From the IMG/VR virus record IMGVR_UViG_3300011635_000012: a DNA stretch of 64,000 bases; one strand, 5' to 3'. Of this stretch, positions 18,541 to 26,960 are shown piece after piece; the first letter of the stretch is position 1; every line of letters begins with the position of its first letter. Below the pieces are notes generated by a model that ran no database searches, was not told the DNA's origin, and worked only from the letters and a program-made list of their open reading frames with translations. The stretch is from an uncultured virus (IMG/VR IMGVR_UViG_3300011635_000012). Lineage: Duplodnaviria > Heunggongvirae > Uroviricota > Caudoviricetes. Made by a program: the position numbers and the translations under genes.

Positions 18541-20036
18541 GTTTTTTAGATGATGCGATTGGCCTGTTTTCACCAGGCTGGAAAGCCTCACGCCTGCGTG
18601 CCCGCGCGGTTATTAAGGCGTATGAGGCGGTAAAGCAAACACGTACCCACAAAGCCCAGAAGGAAAATCGTTCAGCCGATCAGCTCAGCCAGATGGGGGC
18701 GGTTTCACTGAGGCAGCAGGCGCGCTGGCTGGACAATAACCACGATCTGGTGATTGGCGTTTTCGACAAGCTGGAAGAAAGGGTGGTGGGTGCGAAGGGC
18801 ATCATAGTTGAACCGCATCCGATGCTTACCAACGGGAAGATCGCTAAAAAGCTGGCCACTGATATCCGCAGAAAGTGGGGCGAATGGTCCGTAAGACCCG
18901 ATGTTACAACCCAGTTTACCCGCCCCATGCTGGAGCGGCTTATGCTGCGAACGTGGCTCCGGGACGGTGAGGTATTTGCTCAGCTGGTTCGCGGCACCGG
19001 AAATGGTCTTCAGCCGGTTGCTGGCGTGCCGTTTTGGCTGGAAGCGCTGGAGCCGGACTTCGTGCCGATGAACAGCGATGCCGCCACCCAGCTCAATCAG
19101 GGCGTTTTTGTCGATAACTGGGGGCGCCCGAAAAAATATCAGGTCTATAAAAGCCTGCCAGTATCCGGGCGTCAGTTCGATACCAAAGAGATAGATGCAG
19201 AAAACATGCTTCATCTCAAATTCACACGACGCCTGCACCAGACCCGCGGAACGTCTCTTTTGTCAGGTGTTCTGATGCGTCTGAGTGCGCTGAAAGAGTA
19301 CGAGGACTCGGAGCTTACCGCTGCCAGAATTGCTGCGGCACTCGGCATGTATATCAAAAAAGGCGACGGACAGAGCTTCGATTCTGATTCCGGCAGCGAT
19401 GACCGCGAGCTGATGATTCAGCCCGGTATGCTCTATGACGAGCTGCAGGCCGGGGAAGAAATCGGGATGATTAAATCCGATCGCCCGAACCCTAACCTCG
19501 AGTCGTTTCGTAACGGACAGTTGCGTGCCGTGTCCGCCGGCAGTCGCCTCAGCTTTTCCAGCACATCCAGAAATTACAACGGAACGTACAGTGCCCAGCG
19601 GCAGGAGCTCGTCGAGTCAACCGACGGCTATCTGATTCTTCAGGACTGGTTCATCGGTTCAGTAACCCGGCCCATGTACCGGGCCTGGCTGAAGATGGCT
19701 ATTGCTGCCGGAGAAATCAAGCTGCCGAGAGGCATCGATATGGACTCGCTTTATAACGCGGTTTATTCGGGGCCCGTTATGCCGTGGATTGATCCCGTTA
19801 AAGAAGCGAATGCCTGGAAAACGCAGATCCGCGGCGGTGCTGCTACTGAATCCGACTGGATACGTGCCAGCGGTCGCAACCCGGATGATGTTAAGTCACG
19901 CCGAAAAGCGGAGGTTGACGAGAACCGTGAACAGGGCCTGGTGTTTGACACCGACCCCGCCAATGATAAAGGAGGCACCAGTGCCGAAGCCAAAGAACCG
20001 GGCGCGCCACCGTCCGAAAGCCAGCGCAAAAAGTAA
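18537..20036 (+). CDS. Portal protein (lambda family)
   Basis: RDGEVF, YSAQRQELVE, WIDPVKE. Confidence 0.93.
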   Translation: MSFLDDAIGLFSPGWKASRLRARAVIKAYEAVKQTRTHKAQKENRSADQLSQMGAVSLRQQARWLDNNHDLVIGVFDKLEERVVGAKGIIVEPHPMLTNGKIAKKLATDIRRKWGEWSVRPDVTTQFTRPMLERLMLRTWLRDGEVFAQLVRGTGNGLQPVAGVPFWLEALEPDFVPMNSDAATQLNQGVFVDNWGRPKKYQVYKSLPVSGRQFDTKEIDAENMLHLKFTRRLHQTRGTSLLSGVLMRLSALKEYEDSELTAARIAAALGMYIKKGDGQSFDSDSGSDDRELMIQPGMLYDELQAGEEIGMIKSDRPNPNLESFRNGQLRAVSAGSRLSFSSTSRNYNGTYSAQRQELVESTDGYLILQDWFIGSVTRPMYRAWLKMAIAAGEIKLPRGIDMDSLYNAVYSGPVMPWIDPVKEANAWKTQIRGGAATESDWIRASGRNPDDVKSRRKAEVDENREQGLVFDTDPANDKGGTSAEAKEPGAPPSESQRKK

Positions 20037-20352
20037 TTCGTGGTTCCGCATGCAGGCCAGCAATAACAGCGAGGCCGACATTTTTATTTATGACGAAATC
20101 GGGTACTGGGGCGTAACGGCGAAACAGTTCGTCAATGATCTCCGGGCACTTGGGGACGTCACCCACATCAACCTTTATATCAACTCGCCCGGTGGTGATG
20201 TCTTCGACGGTATTGCTATTTATAACGCGCTGAAGCACCACGGCGCGGCGATTACCGTGCATATCGACGGTCTGGCGGCATCCATGGCCTCGGTGATTGC
20301 GATGGTAGGCAATCCGGTCATCATGCCTGAAAACACGATGATGATGATCCAT
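19981..20352 (+). pseudogene. 5' part of the helper ClpP-major capsid fusion gene, interrupted by the satellite
   Basis: GGAGG RBS, GTG start; IYDEIG, INSPGGDVFDG, DGLAASMAS, ENTMMMIH, then non-homologous sequence. Confidence 0.9.
20341..20352 (+). repeat. Satellite attL core ATGATGATCCAT
   Basis: Identical to 31116-31127. Confidence 0.9.
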
Positions 20353-20480
20353 TATCCTTCACACTACCTCATGGGTACGCATGAAGAACCGGATTTATTC
20401 ATTAACTTATTGTTAATTATGAATAAAGAAGAGGTGTTGTTTGCATTGCTTTTCTACTGTTTTTCGGCGTTGCAGTTAAG

Positions 20481-20504
20481 TGTGTATTGCAATGTGTATT
20501 GCAG
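20481..20504 (+). repeat. Integrase arm-type tandem repeat
   Basis: TGTGTATTGCAATGTGTATTGCAG, identical at 31023-31046. Confidence 0.8.
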
Positions 20505-20515
20505 AATGAGGTTTT

Positions 20516-21751
20516 ATGGCGGGCGAGAACAAGTTAAGCGACAAGGCGTTAAAAGCCTTACATGGTAAACCGCAGCCGCGTCAAAAGATGGTGGCTGATG
20601 GTCGCGGACTGTCTGTCAGAGTGAGCATGAGTGGCACAGTGAGTTTTGTATATTTCTTCAGACATTCCGGCCGACAAAGCGCCCCCGTCTGGATGACGTT
20701 AGGCAAGTATCCAGATATGACCCTTAAACAGGCCAGAGAGAAAAGGGACGAGTGCCGGGCATGGCTATCTCAGGGGCTCGACCCACGGATAGAGAACAAA
20801 CTCACCAAAGAGAGCCTGTTCACTCCGATAACTGTGAAGAACGCTATCGATTACTGGTTTGATAACTATGCAAGGGAGAAGCGCAAAGAGACAGTACGTC
20901 TCTATCGCCGTTATGAGAGATACATCTTTCCCTACATCGGCGGATTTCCTGTTGAGAAATGCGGTCTGTCAGACTGGATAAAATGCTTCGATCGCGTAAA
21001 GAAAGTAGCACCGGTTCAATCTGCCGCGATGCTTATTGAGTTAAAACAGATCTTCAAATACTGCCGGGTACGCCAGTATGTGCGGTGTAATGTGCTGGAC
21101 GACTTAAGCCCTGGCGATATTGGCAAGTATCAGAACAAGAGAGAGCGGTTACTCGAGGAAAGCTACGTTGCCGATCTGTGGGGAGTGTACTTTCATGGTA
21201 AAGGCAAAACCCGTGTAATGAATTACAAAAAAAGGATGGCGATTTTGTGTCTCGTGTTTGGTTGCAGGCTGAGTGAGGCGCGTTTATCTACATGGGATGA
21301 GTGGGATTTCGATAAGTGGATTTGGACAGTACCTAAAGAGCACAGTAAAAACGGCGAAGAAATTATTCGCCCCGTTCCTCAAAAAATGCGCCAGTGGATC
21401 GTAAACCTGCACGAAGAGACTAAAAGGAGAGGCTACATACTTGGCGAACTGAAATCTGATTCAACTGTCAGCACGATGGGATGCACAAACTTTACCTCCC
21501 TTAAACATGAAAAACGCTGGTCATTACATGATTTGAGACGAACGTTCTCGACAAGTCTTAACGATATGGGCGTTGATTTTATGGTCGTAGAGCAGCTGCT
21601 GGGGCATACCATAAAGGGCGTGGCCGGAATCTATAACCGCAGCAAGTATATTCCTCAAAAGCAAGAAGCACTGGACCGATGGATTGACTATCTTGATGGG
21701 CTGGTGGGTGAAGAAAAAACAGTTAAAGTGATTAAGAAAAGGAGCGCCTGA
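20516..21751 (+). CDS. Tyrosine integrase (P4-like arm-binding N-terminus)
   Basis: DGRGL, LGKYP; catalytic GCRLSE, HDLRR, LGH, GIY. Confidence 0.95.
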   Translation: MAGENKLSDKALKALHGKPQPRQKMVADGRGLSVRVSMSGTVSFVYFFRHSGRQSAPVWMTLGKYPDMTLKQAREKRDECRAWLSQGLDPRIENKLTKESLFTPITVKNAIDYWFDNYAREKRKETVRLYRRYERYIFPYIGGFPVEKCGLSDWIKCFDRVKKVAPVQSAAMLIELKQIFKYCRVRQYVRCNVLDDLSPGDIGKYQNKRERLLEESYVADLWGVYFHGKGKTRVMNYKKRMAILCLVFGCRLSEARLSTWDEWDFDKWIWTVPKEHSKNGEEIIRPVPQKMRQWIVNLHEETKRRGYILGELKSDSTVSTMGCTNFTSLKHEKRWSLHDLRRTFSTSLNDMGVDFMVVEQLLGHTIKGVAGIYNRSKYIPQKQEALDRWIDYLDGLVGEEKTVKVIKKRSA

Positions 21752-21752
21752 T

Positions 21753-21989
21753 ATGGCTACGTTGTCTGTTCTGAAAAAAGAAGATCTCCAGTACATGCCT
21801 GAGCTTGACCGAATGATTCGGGAACCAGAATGCAGGGCAATGACCACGCTGTCTAACTCAACGCGCTGGCGCATGGAACAGGAAGGAAAATTTCCAAAGC
21901 GCATAAAAATCGGCCCGTCAGCTGTCGCATATCGGCTTTCTGAGGTGCAAGCTTGGATTAAAGGAAATTGGTTCGATAAAAATAAATGA
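21753..21989 (+). CDS. alpA: AlpA-family regulator/excisionase
   Basis: LSNSTRWRMEQEGKFPKRIKIG..VAYRLSEVQAW. Confidence 0.9.
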   Translation: MATLSVLKKEDLQYMPELDRMIREPECRAMTTLSNSTRWRMEQEGKFPKRIKIGPSAVAYRLSEVQAWIKGNWFDKNK

Positions 21990-22035
21990 GAGATATGGCA
22001 ACGTATTAAGCGATAAATTATACGTTGCCATAGGT

Positions 22036-22746
22036 TTATTTTAATGAGCACTCTTCTAATAGCATTCCTATGAAGTGATGAGAGCCTATGATATATTTTT
22101 GAAGAGGAAATGCCATGCCAGTAAGTGATTCGTTAAGCTTACCTTTGAAAGGAGGGAAAACTTCTAAACCAGAATCTACTATGTTCAGATGTTTTATTTT
22201 ATTATTCAGTACTCTACATTCATTAATGTCATCATAAGATGGCAATGTCTCAAAGTTGATTCCATATGACAGGAATTTGCTTTTTATTGTATCCCATTTG
22301 TAAGGCGTTTTAACTTCATTTAAATCTTTATTTTCTTTTTGAGATATTAGATTGGCCAATCCCCTGGTCATATATTGTTCATTCATGGCCCATAAGTTTA
22401 TAACGACACTATCGTTAGCAATGTAAGACGCTTTTTCATTCAAATCAGTTTGGTGGTTAATGTATTCCATATGTCTTGCAAAGCTGAGTTGATACGCTTC
22501 ATACTCGTCTTCAGAAAGGGAATTTTTTTGTTCGTCATCAAGAAAGTTAAATTTATTATATTGTACATCAATTGCTTTTTTGTTTTTTGAATAGGTGTTG
22601 ATAACAAAGCGATGAAAAACAACTATATCTTCCAATCTATAATTGAACTCGAATAATAATGAGTTAAAAGGGCTTTTTCGTGGGAAGTAATGATCAAATT
22701 TCTCTACGAACATAAAATATTCAGATGGTGTATATAAATCATCCAT
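22036..22746 (-). CDS. Low-GC cargo protein, possibly HEPN-like
   Basis: 236-aa AT-rich ORF; RVLNNKIKH near the C-terminus. Confidence 0.6.
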   Translation of the reverse strand: MDDLYTPSEYFMFVEKFDHYFPRKSPFNSLLFEFNYRLEDIVVFHRFVINTYSKNKKAIDVQYNKFNFLDDEQKNSLSEDEYEAYQLSFARHMEYINHQTDLNEKASYIANDSVVINLWAMNEQYMTRGLANLISQKENKDLNEVKTPYKWDTIKSKFLSYGINFETLPSYDDINECRVLNNKIKHLNIVDSGLEVFPPFKGKLNESLTGMAFPLQKYIIGSHHFIGMLLEECSLK

Positions 22747-22799
22747 AGAAATTCCTTAATTTAATTTTGGCTGAAAAAATCAACGAGTGCATGTGAAAA

Positions 22800-22991
22800 C
22801 TAACCTTTAGGTTCAATTCCTTGCTTAATAAGTTCATTTCTAGCCAGACCTTTAAGCCAATTACCAAGACTTACTCCCTCACGCTCAGCAGCTTCATTCA
22901 TCTGCTGGCGCAATTCAGGACTTATTCGGATTTGGAATGTCGGAGACAAGCCCTCTCCTTTGGGGGTTTTATCTCGTTTTATTGTTGACAT
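22800..22991 (-). CDS. Ribbon-helix-helix (HicB/Arc-like) regulator
   Basis: FQIRISPELR..AAEREGVSLGNW; TACGTACGTA palindromes upstream. Confidence 0.7.
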   Translation of the reverse strand: MSTIKRDKTPKGEGLSPTFQIRISPELRQQMNEAAEREGVSLGNWLKGLARNELIKQGIEPKG

Positions 22992-23128
22992 GTACGTACG
23001 TAACCTCATAGGATGTTGCTATTACGTACGTACGTTATCACGCTTGACGTGAAAAAAGCAACGTCCCGGAAGTGCTTGGAACCACTCACGGGACGTCTAA
23101 CCACAAACCGTTAGTTGAGGTAACAGTT

Positions 23129-23416
23129 ATGGCTGATCAACAGCATACCCAAACTCGTCCAAAATTTACATGGCTATTCCTTGGCACGCCGCGAGGTCAC
23201 TCCTGTCTCCCGGTAGTTCTTCGCACCGTTGCAGACACTGAAGACACTGCCCGTGCAAAGTTCTGCGGCTGGGATTTAACCTTTGCCGCCAAAATCCGGA
23301 CCGAAAGCCCGCTCTCAGTGTCGTTTATGAAACCTGAGAATCGCACCCTATGGAGCATTCTGGGTAGCGATCCTTACAGCAATGAAGCTGTGGCAATGGA
23401 GGTGCACCATGTATAA
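23129..23416 (+). CDS. Icd-like host division inhibitor family protein
   Basis: [26 protein letters not shown]; hairpin leader. Confidence 0.75.
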   Translation: MADQQHTQTRPKFTWLFLGTPRGHSCLPVVLRTVADTEDTARAKFCGWDLTFAAKIRTESPLSVSFMKPENRTLWSILGSDPYSNEAVAMEVHHV

Positions 23417-23588
23417 GTCCGACTTACCCCCTGATTACGAGATCCGCGTACTGGTGACGGTTAAAAACGGTCAGGTTACAGAGCGCCGCCTTCGTTCGGA
23501 TGAAATCGTGGCCACACCGGAAGGTTTTATCCAGGCAGTTCGTCATGCTGCTGATGCATACGGTTTAACGGCTACCGACAAGGAATAA
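23409..23588 (+). CDS. Small satellite protein
   Basis: GGAGG RBS, coupled to the previous gene. Confidence 0.55.
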   Translation: MYKSDLPPDYEIRVLVTVKNGQVTERRLRSDEIVATPEGFIQAVRHAADAYGLTATDKE

Positions 23589-23592
23589 CTTC

Positions 23593-23916
23593 ATGATTAA
23601 AAAATTCAATCAGGTTCAGCCTGAGGGCGTCGCTCAACCAAAAATTGAGCTTAACAGCCGCTGGAAAGATTCTCGCGGGGAAAAAATTACTGTCACATGT
23701 GTAACGGATAGCCGAATTACGTATGTCCGGGATGGGTATTCCCATGAATGTGTTTTTTCTGAGTACCGGTTCCGAAATGAATTTATCTACCTTCCTGACG
23801 ATAGCCGGGAGTCGCAGGAGGCCGTAAAAGAAAACGGGCGTAAAAAAATCGCTGCTCTGCGATCTACTCTGCCGCTGAGTGTTGGATCTGACGGATGGGA
23901 TAAGGGGCTGAAATGA
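23593..23916 (+). CDS. DUF4222-like satellite protein
   Basis: WKDSRG..ITYVRDGYSHEC. Confidence 0.6.
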   Translation: MIKKFNQVQPEGVAQPKIELNSRWKDSRGEKITVTCVTDSRITYVRDGYSHECVFSEYRFRNEFIYLPDDSRESQEAVKENGRKKIAALRSTLPLSVGSDGWDKGLK

Positions 23917-25709
23917 AAAACGCACCGAACCTGAAACATCTGCCAAAGGAAAAATTCACGGAAGCAGTTATTTTTGCCGGGTCAGATGCATACACCCATG
24001 CGAAGGGTTGGGAAGAGGGGCTGGGTAAACAAATCGCGGAAGATACCATACCTCCTGTTTACCTTGGGCCAAAACAGCTGGCTGAGCTGGATAATCTGCG
24101 CATTGTGGATGATGGACGTCGAGCTGCGCGTGTATACCTTGCCGGAGATATTGAGCCGATCATGATTAATGCGATTGCCGAGAAGCTGGCGCGCGCCGGA
24201 GTCCAGCATGCAAAATTATACAAGGGCATACCGGATCGCCAGCCAGAAGACTGGCACGATTATCTGGAAAGGATCCGTGCAGATAACGTTGTGGCGCTTC
24301 CTGTAGCCCGGAAAGAAAAAAGCCAGGATAACGTTACTCCAGCGTTAAACCAGATGGGGGCAAGTCAGCGCGGTGAGGTACTTCTTGCGCACTATAGCGG
24401 GGATCTGGCGATCAATGCCGACTCTGATACCGTACATCATTACAACGGTGTGGTGTGGTTGCCGCTGCCGGATAAAGAGTTACAGCGTGAAATGGCGCAA
24501 ATCTTTATTGAAGCGGACGTTGCGTACTCGCAGAACGGTATCAAGTCAGCGGTGGAAACCATGAAGTTAAGTCTCCCGGTAATGGGGGTGACTGCCCGAA
24601 ACCTGATTGGCTTCAGTAATGGCGTATTTGATACCCGCACAGGAGAATTCCGACAGCACAGAAAAACGGACTGGCTTTTGATCGCCAGTGAGCTGCCATT
24701 CAGTCCACCAGCCGAAGGGGAGACGCTTGCCACTCATGCACCGAATTTCTGGAAGTGGCTCCGCCGTTCTGTAGCCAATAATGACCGCAAGACAGATCGT
24801 GTACTGGCGGCGCTGTTTATGGTGCTGGCGAACCGGTACGACTGGCAGCTGTTTCTTGAAGTAACGGGGCCGGGCGGCAGCGGTAAAAGCGTGATGGCGG
24901 AAATCTGTACCATGCTGGCAGGTAAAGCCAACACGGTGTCTGCCAGCATGAAAGCGCTGGAAGATGCCCGGGATCGCGCGCTGGTGGTTGGCTATTCGCT
25001 GATTATCATGCCGGATATGACCCGATATGCCGGGGATGGGGCCGGGATTAAAGCCATTACTGGTGGAGATAAAGTGTCTATCGACCCCAAACACAAAGCA
25101 CCATACTCGACCCGAATCCCGGCTGTTGTGCTGGCGGTCAACAATAACGCTATGACATTCAGCGACCGCAGCGGAGGGATTTCGCGACGCCGGGTGATAT
25201 TTAATTTCTCTGAGGTAGTGCCGGAGGGCGAACGCGATACGATGCTGGCCGAGAAGATCGAAGGTGAGCTGGCGGTTGTTATCCGACATCTGCTGACACG
25301 TTTTGCCGATCAGGACGATGCGCGGCGTTTACTGCACGAGCAGCAGAAATCAGAGGAAGCGCTGGCGATTAAACGTGAAGGTGATTCGCTGGTGGACTTC
25401 TGCGGTTACCTGATGGCTTCAGTTGTGTGTGATGGGATGTTTATCGGTAACGCCGAGATAGTGCCGTTCAGCCCGCGTAAATATCTCTATCATGCTTATC
25501 TGGCTTACATGCGTGCCAATGGCCTGAGCAAACCCGTATCGTTAATGCGCTTCGGTTCTGATATGCCAGGCGCAATGGCTGAGTATGGCAAGGAGTACCA
25601 GAAGCGCAAAACTAAACATGGCATAAGATCGAACGTCACTCTGCATGATGATTCAGAAGATTGGATGCCATCCTGTTCCAGTATTTCTGAAAGCAGCGGG
25701 GTAGAGTAA
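23913..25709 (+). CDS. P4-family/D5-like primase-helicase
   Basis: SF3 Walker A GPGGSGKS, KAITGGD, GISRRRVIF. Confidence 0.92.
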   Translation: MKNAPNLKHLPKEKFTEAVIFAGSDAYTHAKGWEEGLGKQIAEDTIPPVYLGPKQLAELDNLRIVDDGRRAARVYLAGDIEPIMINAIAEKLARAGVQHAKLYKGIPDRQPEDWHDYLERIRADNVVALPVARKEKSQDNVTPALNQMGASQRGEVLLAHYSGDLAINADSDTVHHYNGVVWLPLPDKELQREMAQIFIEADVAYSQNGIKSAVETMKLSLPVMGVTARNLIGFSNGVFDTRTGEFRQHRKTDWLLIASELPFSPPAEGETLATHAPNFWKWLRRSVANNDRKTDRVLAALFMVLANRYDWQLFLEVTGPGGSGKSVMAEICTMLAGKANTVSASMKALEDARDRALVVGYSLIIMPDMTRYAGDGAGIKAITGGDKVSIDPKHKAPYSTRIPAVVLAVNNNAMTFSDRSGGISRRRVIFNFSEVVPEGERDTMLAEKIEGELAVVIRHLLTRFADQDDARRLLHEQQKSEEALAIKREGDSLVDFCGYLMASVVCDGMFIGNAEIVPFSPRKYLYHAYLAYMRANGLSKPVSLMRFGSDMPGAMAEYGKEYQKRKTKHGIRSNVTLHDDSEDWMPSCSSISESSGVE

Positions 25710-25719
25710 AGTTATAGAT

Positions 25720-25955
25720 GAAGTGTTCACCAGTATTCACCCTGTTAAAAAATCTATATATAACAGCAGGCTAATGGGTGAACACTTATTTATTAAGTAT
25801 TCACCAAGTATTCACCTGTTCACCTTTTGATTGTTTTTTGCTCTAAAGGGTGAAGGGTTGGGTGAACACTAGTGAATACCTGAAAGTATAGTGTTCACCA
25901 CCTAACGTTATGAATTTATTCATTAATAATGACATGGTGAACAGGTGAACACTTA
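25720..25955. repeat. Satellite replication origin with P4-like iterons
   Basis: Many TGTTCACC/TATTCACC/GGTGAACA copies in both orientations right after the primase. Confidence 0.8.
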
Positions 25956-26038
25956 AACGCTTTTTTTTATATTTATACTTTCAGATTAAGCGGCTTAGAG
26001 GGAAAATGAGGCTTATGGAGAGTGCCTGAGGAACATAA

Positions 26039-26614
26039 ATGTCTACGATAGTTGATTTGGTGTCGGCTCTGGTTTGGCCCGGAGTAACCGTTTGGTTTAT
26101 CAATAAATATGGTGATGATGTAAAGTCTCTCATACTAAGATTATCTCGAATCAAAATGGGGGGCGCTGAGGCGGAATTCGCTGAAAATCTTGATGTGGCT
26201 GAGGCACTGGCTATTGATACTCCAGTAGTAAATATTAAAGATGCTGTACATGATGAAGATACCGAGTTTTCTCGCAGATTATCTGCTCTACAGCGAATCG
26301 CTGATGTTTCTCCTCGAGCTGCAATAATGGAATCATGGCTGTTGATTGAGGAAGCCGCAGGAAAAGCTGGATTCGTTCAGGGTGCGACGATCCCTCGCAT
26401 AAACATTCCTCTTTTTTTAGATTGGTTGGTGCGTGAACATAGAATAGATAAAAACACCGCTAAGTTAGTAGAAAAAATGCGGCATTTAAGGAATTCAGCC
26501 GCACATTTAAGAGATTTCGAATTAACACGAGATGAAGCTGAACGTTATCTGAAACTAGCAACAAGACTTTCTCTTATCATTGTCGACCAAGAAGTTGATC
26601 TCATTAATGAATGA
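26039..26614 (+). CDS. Membrane-anchored HEPN-like protein
   Basis: N-terminal TM (LVWPGVTVWF), RNSAAH = RxxxxH; own terminator 26637-26659. Confidence 0.65.
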   Translation: MSTIVDLVSALVWPGVTVWFINKYGDDVKSLILRLSRIKMGGAEAEFAENLDVAEALAIDTPVVNIKDAVHDEDTEFSRRLSALQRIADVSPRAAIMESWLLIEEAAGKAGFVQGATIPRINIPLFLDWLVREHRIDKNTAKLVEKMRHLRNSAAHLRDFELTRDEAERYLKLATRLSLIIVDQEVDLINE

Positions 26615-26765
26615 TTAACTATCGGCTACAAAAACGAACCGGCACTAGCCGGTTTTTTTGTATCTAAAACTGACTAACCTGTTTTTATGATGAATAAAAG
26701 TTTACTTACCACTTTTAGTGATCAATGATTGCACATGTACCATCAATCACGATAAGGGTAAGAAG

Positions 26766-26960
26766 ATGGCTGATAAGAGCAAATCGATGCAGGATAAGGG
26801 CGGAACTGTCCATATCGACGCCGAAACCATGAAGAAAATTGAGGAGTATCAGGCGTTCATTAAAAAGAATCACCCTGAAATGCCTGTCCCCACCAAAGGC
26901 CAGATCGTTCGCAGCAGCGTGAACTACTGGCATCACCAGACGCTGGGGGCATGGCTATGA
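26766..26960 (+). CDS. Small satellite protein upstream of capsid
   Basis: ATGA overlap with the capsid gene. Confidence 0.6.
   Translation: MADKSKSMQDKGGTVHIDAETMKKIEEYQAFIKKNHPEMPVPTKGQIVRSSVNYWHHQTLGAWL

Noticed and set aside
19702..20568. 288-aa ORF as an intact Clp protease
   Set aside because: Chimeric: the likely start is GTG 19981, and sequence after 20352 is satellite DNA read through by chance
25720..25955. CRISPR-like array
   Set aside because: Repeats are ~8 bp, irregularly spaced and in both orientations; they fit P4-type iterons and there are no cas genes
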